Of a stretch of DNA of 64,000 nt, positions 52,050 through 64,000 are shown piece after piece (the stretch's first letter is position 1; every line of letters starts with the position of its first letter). Origin of the DNA: Octopus sinensis (Eukaryota). The notes beneath the pieces are model-generated. The model was not told where the DNA came from. It ran no database searches and was given only the letters and a program-made list of their open reading frames with translations. Position numbers and translations under genes: made by a program. The stretch spans positions 58,404,001-58,468,000 of the forward strand of contig NC_043010.1 in the NCBI RefSeq assembly GCF_006345805.1, written 5' to 3'.

Positions 52050-52375
52050 ATGCATTGTGTACGTACATAGATAGATACATGCAAACATATATATATATAT
52101 TGTTTGCACATACATATGTGTGTGTGGGGTGTATGTACATGTATGTATACATCTATACATATATATAGATATATGTATCTATATATAAAAATATTTAAAT
52201 GTATATGTATGCGTATGTATGAATGCATATACATACATGCACACACACACACACACATACATGAACATGAATTTCTGAACATTTCTACACACTTGAACAC
52301 ACATACCTACTTGTATCTTTGTGAGTGTATGTGTATGTGTGTGCACATGTGTATTAGTTTATGTATACATAGATA

Positions 52376-52455
<80 letters not shown>

Positions 52456-52460
52456 CATAC

Positions 52461-52545
<85 letters not shown>

Positions 52546-52898
52546 GGGTGTATGTATTCGTTGTGTCTGCTGTATGTAAAAATCTATGCTACTATCTCAT
52601 TCCTCACACTTTCTCTCCCACCCCCCCTCTCACTCATAGCTTCTCACTCCCACCTACACTCACTCACATTTTCTCACTCCTACCCTCTTTGTCTCTCATA
52701 CTCTCACCCTCCCCATCATTCTGTTTAGTAAATCAAAACAAACTAATCTGTATGCAGAGTATGACGTCTGTTTAAACACATGTATTTGTGTATGTGAGGA
52801 GGGGGGGGGGGCATACATACATTACATACATACGTAGACACATACACACACATATATGCTCACATATATACATTTATACATATACATTCATATGTATA

Positions 52899-52947
<49 letters not shown>

Positions 52948-53529
52948 GCACATACACACATGTATATATATAGATATATTAATGTATGTATTTTACATTA
53001 TATATACACATATATGCATATATATGTGTATGAGTGTATACACACACACACATATATATACAAACACACACACACACATATATATATATAAATATTTATG
53101 TATACATAAAGATATGTGTGTGTGTATACACATTTCCATAAGTATATGAGAATCTATCTATTTTTCTATGTATACACACACACACACATAAATACGAGTA
53201 CTTACAATGACACTAGATGTATGTGTGTGTGTGTGTTATAATTATTCAAAACTACCTTATATGTATGCACATTCACACAGGGTGATCACTTTGTATGTGT
53301 GTCTATATATTAGCATGTGTGTGTATGCATATGTATATTTATATGTGTGTGTAGTCAGACAGACAAAGAGGCAGTTATATATATAGATAGGTTTATACAG
53401 GGATAGATATATATAAGTACTGTAGTATAATATATGCAGATATATGTTTCTATATATCCTCAAATAACTAATGTCTGTGTAGACACTAATTTATGCATGT
53501 TTTGTTCTGTCTGTCTGTCTGTCTGTGTG

Positions 53530-53562
<33 letters not shown>

Positions 53563-53573
53563 AGATGCATGTA

Positions 53574-53623
<50 letters not shown>

Positions 53624-53801
53624 TAGATACATGTATATATATATACACACATATATATATATGGAGATACATGTATATACATACATATATAGATATGTAT
53701 ATATATATGTGTACATGTACATATATAGATAGATAGATAGATAGATGTATATATATATATTATATATATATGTAGACATATATGTATATGTATAATATAT
53801 A

Positions 53802-53868
<67 letters not shown>

Positions 53869-53940
53869 TATATATGTTGTATATGTGTGTTTGTTTCCAT
53901 ACAAAAACATGTATACATATATATATACTTATCTAAAAGT
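51420..53940. repeat. ~2.5-kb compound (TA)n/(TG)n/(CA)n microsatellite block
   Basis: Direct inspection. Confidence 0.95.
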
Positions 53941-55020
53941 ATATAACAACACACACAATCTGTACACAGTCACACAAACACATATCTGTATGTACATTTG
54001 GTGTAAGTTCATGTATGTATAATGTGTATATTATCTGTTGTGATTGATGAGGACCTGTTTAACACATGCACCCACAATATTGTACACACACTTTACACTA
54101 CATATACACTTGCACACAATACTACATATAGATTCCACACTGTACACACACACACACACATACATATATATACACACACTACTGTACAGCCACATAATTA
54201 TTGTGCACATTTCCACAGGACCAATCATAGCTTCTTCACTCTATATCTGATATTAGCAGTGACAAGGGAGTGTTCTCTTATTTAAGTGGACTTCATTGAG
54301 AGAGCACTGGTGGCTTTTCACTGAGACCTCCGTGTATTAAATAATATATACTATAGATGATAAACACATACACACACATGGTTATATGTATTGTGTGCAT
54401 GTATGTATATATATAGTTATGGTTATCAATTAAGTTTTCCTAAGTCAGATGAACCTTCACTTGTGTGTAATAGAGTTGCTATGTTATTGATACAGTAATA
54501 TATATATTTAGTCTTATAACAGCCAATTCATCTTCTTGAATGGGTTCCTGTTAAAGCACCTTCTAACTGAGGAAAGATGAATTGTTAATAGTCATCACTA
54601 ATGCTGACATGAATTTGCTGTTATGTATGCACACACATACACACTTAGGTGCATACATACACATATGCACACACATATATGAGTGTATGAGTAAATGACA
54701 GGTTTCTACAGTTTCCCTCAAAGAAGTACGATAATATTTGCCTGTGGACTCCTCTCCACTGCTTTTATTTTTGATGCCAGAAATACAATAAAAAGAATAT
54801 TTTCCTAGAATGGTAATTGTATATGTGAATTTAACGACTAGTTCATTTGCGAGCAAATTAAATTGAATCATTAAGAGAAACAGGTGTCTTAGTGAATGAA
54901 ATAGTCATAAGTGCTTAATCACTGGTTTTGAATTTGAAATTATTAGTAACAGGGATTGACAGATTAACTATAAATGTAAAAATATATAAATGATCTTCTG
55001 ATTCTTTATATGGAACAAGG

Positions 55021-55200
55021 AGGTGAGCTGGCAGAATAGTTAGCATGCCAGGCAAAATGCTTAGCAGTATCCTATCTGTCTTTATGTTCAGAGTTCAAAT
55101 TCCACCGAGGTTAACTTTGCCTTTCATCCTTTCGGGGTCGATAAATTAAGTACCAGTTGCGTACTGGGGTTGATCTAATCGACAGGCTCCCTCCCCCAAT
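55021..55200 (+). mobile_element. SINE family 2. Further copies lie at ~21655-21780, 26600-26760, 27455-27590, 58570-58740 and 60230-60420
   Basis: Same consensus. Confidence 0.8.
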
Positions 55201-56199
55201 GATGACAAAGAGGAAAATCTGGTGTTGGTGATGATGATGAGAGGATTGATGTCTTTCTGAAATAAATAAAAGGAAGTAATGGATCTTTAATATCATGATA
55301 GTGGCCACCGTATGGCCACAGCACATGGGCTCTAATTTGACAAAATTATAAGAAAGCTGGTATCAGCAGTCACATGTCAGCTAACTTTGGAATTATACTT
55401 TTACCATCATGGGTGACATCACAAAATATGGAATATAGACAATAATTACAATCTAACTTTATCAAATTTCTTGGTCTTTATACAAAATGAAAACAAATGA
55501 AACAAATTTCTCATTTTTGTAACTCTTCCTCTTACTACTACTTTTTCATTTACTCCTTCCCCACTCTGTCTCTTTTATTTTTCCTGTCTCACAGTGTGCC
55601 TTTGTGTGTATGTATGCATGTGGATGGTTGGGTGTATGAGGAAGTGGGTATAGCATTCCATTACTCCTTGCCTGCCACAAATCCTAGTATGTACACTCGT
55701 GGGCCACCTCTTATGGGAACTCTCTCTCTAATTCTCTTGACCCTCTCATCTCATCTCTGTGAAGGGAGTAACCAACCAACCAACATTTATATTGGCTATT
55801 ATTTTGTAAAGATAATGTGTGTATGTTAAATTGTCAGATTCATTAAAATGTCAGCTCAAATGTCTTACAGTATTTGTTCCGGTTGTCTGCACTCTGAGTT
55901 CAAATTTCGCCAACCTCAACTGTGAATTTCATACTTATATGGTTTGATAAATATAATACCAGCTGTATACACAGGTTGAGTATTAACTTTTTATCTCTCC
56001 ACAACCCTTCTCAATTACGTTGTACAGTACAAAAACGTCTGAATGATGAATGGAGAAACTTCTTCCAATGGGACGCTTTCGGCAAAACTGTCCAAGGATG
56101 GACTCGTGTGCACTGCAACACACAAATGAAAAAGTGTATATATATGAGATCACAGTCATGGCCGATGACAGTGTTGCATAACTGGCCTGTTTAAAAAAG

Positions 56200-56930
56200 C
56201 ACCCTCCAATCGTTGGGCAATATGCCGTGCTTGTGAAGACCTGTTGAACTGAGTGAGATTGTAGTCATGGCCAGTGACTGTGCCAACCAACTGGCACCCA
56301 AGCCAGTGGCATGTAAAAAGCACCATTCAAGCATGACTGATGCCAGTGCTGCCTGACTGGCACCACTACCTGTGACACATAAAATGCAACATTGGAGCGT
56401 GGCTGATGCCACTGCCGCCTGACAGGCACCTGTGCCGGTGGCATGTAAAATGTACTATTTGAGTGTGGCCGATGCCTGTGCTACCCAAGTGGCATATAAA
56501 AGGCATCATTTGTGTATGGCTGATGCCAGTGCCAAATGACTGGCTCCCATGTAAAAGCACCTGCTACAGTCTCACAGTGGTTGGAGCTAGGAAGGGCATC
56601 CAGCTGTAAAAACCTTGCTAAATCAGATTGGAGCCTGGTGCAGCCTCCCGGCTTGCCAGTTGTCAGTCAAACTGTCCAACCAAATCCAGCATGGAAAGCA
56701 GATGTCAAACAAAGATGTTGATGATGATGGTATATCATCATCGTTTAACGTCCGCTTTCCATGCTAGCATGGGTTGGACGATTTTGACTGAGGGCTGGTG
56801 AGCCAGATGGCTGCACCAGGCTCCAATCTTGGTCTTGCAGAGTTTCTACAGCTGGATGCCCTCCCTAACATCAACCACTCCAAGAGTGTAGTGGATGCTT
56901 TTTACGTGCCACCAACACGGGGGCCAGTCA
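56200..56930. mobile_element. Two RTE 3' UTR ends, tail to tail
   Basis: The plus copy ends in gatgatgat (~56730). The minus copy begins tcatcatcgtttaacgtccgctttccatgctagc. Confidence 0.75.
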
Positions 56931-57339
56931 GAGATGTATTATTACCATTATTAATGGTATTAATAAGGTAATAATAAGGTGGCCAGCAAATTCACGCCAT
57001 TACAGTCACAATATAAGGCAAATTTAGATTCAGTAGGGTATATAATACCACTTGCTAAAATCAGAGCGAAGGCTCCACAGCCACCATAAACTCACAATAA
57101 AGAAGAAACACATGAGCCACAAAGATACACACATTGCATTGCTCATGCGTATCTGTTTTGAGAGTTTATGGCGGTTATGGAGCCTTGGCTCTGATCTTAG
57201 CATGTGGTATATATATATATATATATATATAATGCACTATGGTTTGTGCCTGAAGAATATGTCTGAGTATTTCTCAACATATGAAACTATTAGTAGCACT
57301 TAAGTACATGTATTGTGCCCTGTAATTAAATTATATATA

Positions 57340-58216
57340 CGAGGGAGTACCCGAAAGAAACCAGAATTTTGCAATATCATTTTATTCACTTGGTGTTACA
57401 TGTTTAAGTATTCTCCATTTGAAGCAATACATCAGTCCAGGTGCATTTTCCACTATTCAAAACAGTGCTGGAACTCTTGTGAAGTGGTGCCTTTTAATGC
57501 CTTCATCATTTTTTACTTCACTTCTTCCATGTTTGCAGATTCCATAGCACCAGTTTTCATCATCTGTTTTTACCTTCGAAAAATGTCTTGATCAACCTCC
57601 AATTGTTCTTTCAGTTGTGACTGCTTATGATCTTCCATGAGCAAGTGAAGCACAGATTTTGCTGCAACTCTTTTCATTTTTGCAATTCCTCACTCAAAAT
57701 TTGTTGGTAGGAGCTCCAGGACAAACTAATCATATCAACAAGTTCATCAGATGTTCAGTGACAGTTTTCCAAGATCAGTTCATGAATTTAATGATGTTTT
57801 CATTTGTTCAGGAGGTCGATGGTTGTCCTAAACGAGGTTGATCTTCAAACAACAAGTGATTATTCCCTAAGTGCGAAAACCCACTCGTAAACTTGTGTTT
57901 TTCTCATGGTAGCATCCTTGTAAGCTGTTAGAAGCATGACAACTGTTTTGGCTGCCATTTTCCCCAGCAGAAAACAGAATTTCACGGAAGCACTTCATGG
58001 AAGTTCCTTTGTTTCTGCCATCGTAAAAATTGCGAAACAGGGGAGAAGCACTGCAAAACAAAGACGCATCACATGGCAGTAAGATCTCACTGGATGATGC
58101 TGGACAGCAGACTGATGCCTGAAGGTTGCATCAAGGGGCTTCTAATAATGGAAGCCTGAACTACAATAGGTCTGTCCCACAGAGAACATTTCCAGTTACT
58201 TTTTGGTACTCCCTCA
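57340..58216 (-). mobile_element. Internally deleted mariner, 877 bp, with TIRs and a TA target duplication
   Basis: TA|CGAGGGAGTACCCGAAAGAAACC … GTTACTTTTTGGTACTCCCTCA|TA. Decayed KFCFLLGK…QVYEW N-terminus and a short C-terminal remnant. Confidence 0.8.
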
Positions 58217-58250
58217 TATCATATATATATATATTGGTAAAAACGGTAAG

Positions 58251-58282
<32 letters not shown>

Positions 58283-58759
58283 GAACATTATATATATTTA
58301 CACACATCTGTATATATGTATATATATGTGTGTGTGTATATATATAAATATTTCTATATGCTTGTGTGTATGTATGTATATATTGGTGTGCAACTCTGGT
58401 AATATAGTAGATATATGTAAAATCAATGAAGATGATTTTTTTTAAAGATTGAAAAATAAAACGTGATGTCTGATTGTTTATAGTTTAGGAGGAAGGAAAA
58501 AAAGACGTTGATGACAAGAACAATAATAACATCAATAACAATATTAATGACATTAAAAATTCTTTTTACTTTAGGCACAAAGTCTGAAACTTTGGGGTTG
58601 AGGCTAATTGATTACAATGATCCCCAGTAGTGAGCTGGTACTTCATTTTATTGACCCTGAATAGCTGGAAGGAAAAGCCGACCTTTGCAAGTTTTGAACT
58701 CAGAACATAAAGCTAGAAGAAATGTCATTAAACATTTTGTTTTTGTCTATTAATAATAA

Positions 58760-59015
58760 CGTGGAGGCATGTGGCTTAGTGGTTACGGTGTCAGCATCAT
58801 GATCGCAAGATTGTATTTTCGATTCCTGGACTGGGCGACGCATTGTGTTCTTGAGCAAAACACTTCATTTCATGTTACTCCAGTCCACTCAGTTGGCAAA
58901 AATGAGTAACACTGCAATGGACTGGCATCCTGTTCAGCTGGGGAACACATATGCCATTGAAACCGGGAAACCGGGTCCCATGAGCCTGGCTAGGCTTTAA
59001 AAGGGCGCATTTATT
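58760..59015 (+). mobile_element. tRNA-derived SINE family 3 (Meta/V-SINE-like central domains)
   Basis: A box tggcttagtggt, B-box-like ttcgattcc, tgtgttcttgagcaaaacact, and atggactggcatcctgttcag. Confidence 0.6.
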
Positions 59016-59049
59016 ATTTTTTTATTAACAACAACAACAAATCATCCAT

Positions 59050-60230
59050 TATTATTCAATACATAAAACAAAAATCTGTAGAGAAGTATTTGAAAGTCAT
59101 GTGGAGCTGTTCATTCATATAACAAATGGAGGTGAGTCCAAAAGCAGTAAAATATATTGAAACATGTTTGATATTCCATGAAAATACATGTAGTGAAGGA
59201 TAACCTTCTGACCCAGGGGTGAGAAATGACCATGTAGGTAGGGTCAAGACACCTCATTACTCTGACCTTTGTCAATTCTGATCACCTCTAAAATATTTGG
59301 CGGTCCAAAATTGTTGTTGAATATCTTCAGTCTTAATTGAACCATGTAATGTTTAACATATTTTTATAAATGATTCCAATAGACCAATGATGTCATCTCA
59401 AATGACTGTCTATCTCCTAACAACATTTGGTATTATGTCCTTCAGCATCCACCTCTCACACCTAATTCCCTGGAATACTTAAACATTATATCTGCATCTG
59501 TTCCCATAGACAAATTTTATTGGTCCACTGATGTTTCTTCTGCCCAAATATTATGACATCTTCCAGAAGGTAAGATTGAGTTTTAACAGCTCTACCTGTC
59601 TACTTATCTCATCCTTGGTCTTAAATTTCAGGTGCATGCCATCATATTCTCTGATCCAGTCAAAAGTACATGCATCCTGCTACAGACTGACCTGGGTTTT
59701 CTCCAACTTGTCTCTTCAGAGACAAGAGAAACCCACTTTGTATTTTGGAATACAGAAATATAACACTTTATTCTTTGCCGTTTCTTTAGTAAATTCCTTG
59801 GGCAATGATATATCTTTTAGACACATCTCTTTCATATTCATTTTTATTCTTAAAGATTACCGATTTTTAACACCTAGCTCACAATGCTTGAAAAAGGGGA
59901 GTTGCCTTCACTACTTTGTTCCATTGTCCTGCAGGTTTACAGAGATTGGACACCTCTTGAGCGATGTTTGGATTTCTAAGGCAACCAATCTTGAGACCTC
60001 TACCTATAATGATATATTCTTGCTACAAAGGTTTCCATGATGAACCCTATTAAAATGTAGGGGAAAATTTCCCTTGTTTCAGGAACTGAGACAGCATTTT
60101 ACTATGGCATTTCAGTCATAGAAGCACAACGTCATGTCTTGCACATCGTCTCATCTCACCCTGCTTCATTACAAAAGGAACATCTTTGGAAAACAGAGAC
60201 AATATTGGTGCTTATTAAAAGCAGCAACCT
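59050..60230 (-). mobile_element. Heavily decayed LINE remnant (probably RTE endonuclease/linker)
   Basis: Stop-riddled coding-like texture, with weak similarity to the W.SP.G..NQIDY region. Confidence 0.4.
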
Positions 60231-61214
60231 GACAGAATCATTAGATTGCCAAGTGAAAATACTTCATGGAATTCCGTCCATCTTTATGTTCTGGGTTCAA
60301 ATTCTGCTGAAGTGAGCTTTGCCAATAAAACAAACACCAGTTGAGAACTGGGGTCAATGTAATCAACTTAACCCCCACTTCCCCGAAATTGCTGGCCTTG
60401 TACCAAACATCTGAAACCAATATCGGTGGTTATAATAATTGGCATTGCAAGTACTTAGTTAGTATTGGTAATGGTTGTAGTAGTAAGTATTGGTGTTGGT
60501 TACAGTTGGTAATGGTTATACTAGTTAGCAGTTAGTATTGGTTATAATAGTTTCTATTGCTGATTATAGTATTTAGTACTTATGTCTATATTAGGAGGCA
60601 TTTATAGCTATAGTGTTTACCATTGCTAGCTAGCTTAATTATTTGAGCTAATTAGCATTCAAAATCTGATTACGTATGCATAAAAAATGTTATTTTATTA
60701 ACTTTTTCAATAATTTCATTTGAAATCTATATTGTGCATACATAACAGAATGTAAATTATGTGTGTGGGGGGGGCTATATGGGGTGGGAGGTTAACAATG
60801 TATATAAACCTACTGGTTGGCAAAATACTGCTGTAGTCACTGGTTCTGAGAAACAATTCTATAAAAAAAATCAATATATCAATGTGTCACATGATGTTAT
60901 TACTCTGCTGCTGCTGCTGTTCATTCTGCTGCTGCTGCTGTTGTTGTCATTGTTGTTGTTTAGCCCCAGGTCAACCTCACATTCAGCAGACCTGTGATCA
61001 AAGGTCTTCTGACCCTTAATGTCTCATTATTTTAGGGGCTCATAATATATACTGTATCAAAATACTCTTTTCTTTTTCAGTCTTGCAATAACTGATATGA
61101 AACATATGACTGCTATTTCTAGCAATTTCAGCAATTAGAATATATATATATATATACACCCATACATACAATATGTGTGTGTGTATGTCTGTTTGTGTGT
61201 GTGTGTGTGTGTTT

Positions 61215-61260
<46 letters not shown>

Positions 61261-61275
61261 TTATTATATAGAAGG

Positions 61276-61326
61276 AGCTTCTACAGGACTAGAACTGTTT
61301 CATTCAAGAGAAATCTTCAGGAAGCT
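61276..61326 (-). ncRNA. Minimal type I hammerhead ribozyme fold (mirror copy)
   Basis: Exact reverse complement of 61664-61714. Confidence 0.8.
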
Positions 61327-61663
61327 AGTTAACAAGAATTGTATTGGCATTTATACATTTAGGCAGGTTTAAAGGGGTGTTGGTGGGGGACTTTTTTGGG
61401 GTAGGCATAGCGCAAAATATCATACTTGGGGGAGTGGTCAAGGAGTCAGTGTTAAATTAGATAGAAGAATAAATAAAAAAATAAAAAAATATTTATTTTA
61501 TTTTTTTATTTTTTTATCTATTCTTCTATCTAATTTAACACTGACTCCTTGACCACTCCCCCAAGTATGATATTTTGCACTATGCCTACCCCAAAAAAGT
61601 CCCCCACCAACACCCCTTTAAACCTGCCTAAATGTATAAATGCCAATACAATTCTTGTTAACT

Positions 61664-61714
61664 AGCTTCCTGAAGATTTCTCTTGAATGAAACAGTTCTA
61701 GTCCTGTAGAAGCT
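61664..61714 (+). ncRNA. Minimal type I hammerhead ribozyme fold
   Basis: AGCUUC-CUGAAGA-U-UUC(UCUU)GAA-U-GAA-ACAG(UUCUAGUC)CUGU-A/GAAGCU. Stem I is 6 bp, the core is intact, stem III is 4 bp, and the cleavage triplet is GUA (cut after 61708). Confidence 0.8.
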
Positions 61715-61865
61715 CCTTCTATATAATAAATTAATTTTACTCTGCTATGTATTGAGTACCTTATTTACTGTGGTTAACCCCGAATCAACCCGGGACCTAC
61801 ATATATATATATATAATATATATATATATTATATATATATATATATAATATATATATATATAGGC

Positions 61866-62029
61866 GCAGGAGTGGCTGTGTGGTAAGTAGCTTGCTAACC
61901 AACCACGTGGTTCCGGGTTCAGTCCCACTGCGTGGCATCTTGGGCAAGTGTCTCTGCTATAGCCCCGGGCCGACCAATGCTGCCTTGTGAGTGGATTTGG
62001 TAGACGGAACCTGAAAGAAGCCTGTCGAA

Positions 62030-62080
<51 letters not shown>

Positions 62081-62283
62081 CTGTGTTTGTCCCCCTAGCA
62101 TTGCTTGACAACCGATGCTGGTGTGTTTACGTCCCCATCACTTAGCAGTTCGGCAAAAGAGACCGGTAGAATAAGTACTGGGCTTACAAAGAGTAAGTCC
62201 CGGGGTCGATTTGATCGACTAAAGGCAGTGCTCCAGCATGGCCGCAGTCAAATGACTGAAACAAGTAAAAGAGTAAAAGAGTA

Positions 62284-62284
<1 letters not shown>
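61866..62284 (+). mobile_element. SINE family 1, full length, same young subfamily as 1735-2115
   Basis: Shares diagnostic changes (catcttggg, ttgctaacc, ccctagcattgc, actgggctt). Confidence 0.85.
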
Positions 62285-62314
<30 letters not shown>

Positions 62315-62571
62315 TACATACATAAGCAGAAAAGACAGACTCCCAAAAGTGGACATAAAGAATGTATTTACATGGAAAGTTGCAAATACAAATAAATGAT
62401 GTAATCAAATCTTGTCTTTGCAGCTGTTTCAGATGACTGCTGACTGGGCCCATATCCATGTATATTATGGAATGAAGTGCGATAGTATTGTTGGTGGATG
62501 GACTAATGTTGATTTTGTTAGACCTGCAATGTGAAGACGCATGCATTACAAGACGCATCCATACATACTCG

Positions 62572-62616
<45 letters not shown>

Positions 62617-62617
62617 A

Positions 62618-62674
<57 letters not shown>

Positions 62675-63227
62675 ACACTGGGCCTCACAGATGCAAGAAC
62701 CGAGTTTATTTGGCATTATGTCATGCTTGAGGATAAGACCCATCAAACCAAGTAAAACCACAGTTATGGCAGTAAAAGACAGTAAAAGACAGAACAAAGA
62801 GAATAACATCTGTCTTTTACTGTTTTTACTTTTATTGTTTTTACTGTCTTGTTTTGTTCTTACTGTCCTGTTCTTGTTACCACTTTTACCCCTCCGCAAA
62901 AAATCCCAAATTTTATTTGATTTGCTTTGCGGGAAGGACTGTTTCAACAAAGTCGCGTCTTGTCCTTACCTTCGAAACGTCGAGTAGACGAAACGGGGAT
63001 AACTGAAGAAGGGGAATATTCCTTGTGTTGTATGACTTGTACTCTGTTTTTTCGTCGTTTGAAAAAAAGTTTGTTTCCCTGTTTTTGTTTTTATGTTTTC
63101 GTTTCTCATTGTGTTCAACATTTATTTTGATGTCCTATACCCATATATGCATGTATATATACATATAGATGTATGTATGTACATATATGTATGTATATAT
63201 GCATATAGTTATATATTATTTATATTG

Positions 63228-63311
<84 letters not shown>

Positions 63312-64000
63312 GTATAAAAGAAAATGGAATTAATGATGTTTTTTATTCAAAATCACTACAATTGTTTCAGTGCATTCCAACACCTGTTGTACATAGATGA
63401 GATGTTGCGCAATCATTATCCTACTTTGACAGTGTTGAATGCACCTCCTAAGGTGATCGTTTAAGTAAGCTCTCCAGTAGATCCTTCCTTCATTTCACTC
63501 AGTTTGATAAAGTATACTCAGCCATTCACAAACAAAACTAAACCCATCGATACAATTACAATAAAAATACAAAATACAGAGCTAAAAAATATATACATAT
63601 ATACGCATATAGACAAATGAAAATAAAGGGGTCTGGTTGACTCTAAGCTTCTATTCTATCTACGAGTCAGATTATAAAGAAGAAGGTATCAGACAGACTA
63701 AAGAATAAATAAAATAAAATGTTTAGAAATAATAAAGAGATAAGTAGGCTGAGAGTTGACTATTTCAGTCACTGTCAGCTGTTTCTTTGCCTCCTTTAAG
63801 CACCTAAATTGCCTTCCTTCACCCCTGCCAAAAAATAACAGCCCCCCGCCATCTTACACCAAGAATGAGTCTCTATGTAAACTTAATTGTAGTGATCTTA
63901 CATAAAAAAATGTTAATTCCATCTTCTTATATAAACTCCATGGATAATATGGGGTTCCTGATGTATATCCTGTAGCAGGAGCATTTCAACTGTATGATGA

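Larger units (their letters stand above)
61259..61731. repeat. Near-perfect palindrome of a probable Penelope-like terminal repeat
   Basis: 233-bp arms, a 7-nt loop (61492-61498) and 2 mismatches (61411, 61472), checked base by base. Confidence 0.95.

Noticed and set aside
62960-63025. Permuted hammerhead-like words (ccttcGAAACGTC…CTGAAGAagggg)
   Set aside because: No stem I can form between the GUC site and CUGAAGA. It is possibly a rearranged PLE relic but not a supportable ribozyme.
63345-63420. Minus-strand GAAACAATTGTA with a palindromic stem III
   Set aside because: No recognisable CUGANGA core upstream.

Overview
This is a repeat-dense, AT-rich animal genomic window. It is most likely a coleoid cephalopod (Octopus-like), inferred from the protocadherin style and the SINE/RTE/Dong repeat landscape, not from a database search. 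The only recognisable host gene is one protocadherin on the minus strand: a ~2.5 kb exon (10174-7644) encoding a signal peptide, six cadherin repeats, a transmembrane helix and the start of the cytoplasmic tail. The exon has a clear splice acceptor and donor but is broken by a 1-bp deletion at 8611-8612. The rest is tRNA-derived SINEs, decayed LINEs (CR1/L2-like, RTE, R4/Dong), Penelope-like fragments, Tc1/mariner derivatives and (TA)n/(TG)n microsatellites, which produce most of the ORF track's spurious ORFs. Five observations stand out. (i) A 473-bp near-perfect palindrome (61259-61731) carries a complete type I hammerhead ribozyme fold in each arm. (ii) A Penelope-derived terminal repeat joins a tRNA-like Pol III head to a hammerhead motif (three decayed copies), and a third hammerhead family lies at 45374. 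(iii) There is a 398-bp inverted duplication at 17228-18487. (iv) A two-family chimeric LINE has a 5' inversion (2885-6113). (v) An RTE 3' UTR contains a strictly alternating A/B 62-bp array. No CRISPR, rRNA or true tRNA genes were seen.
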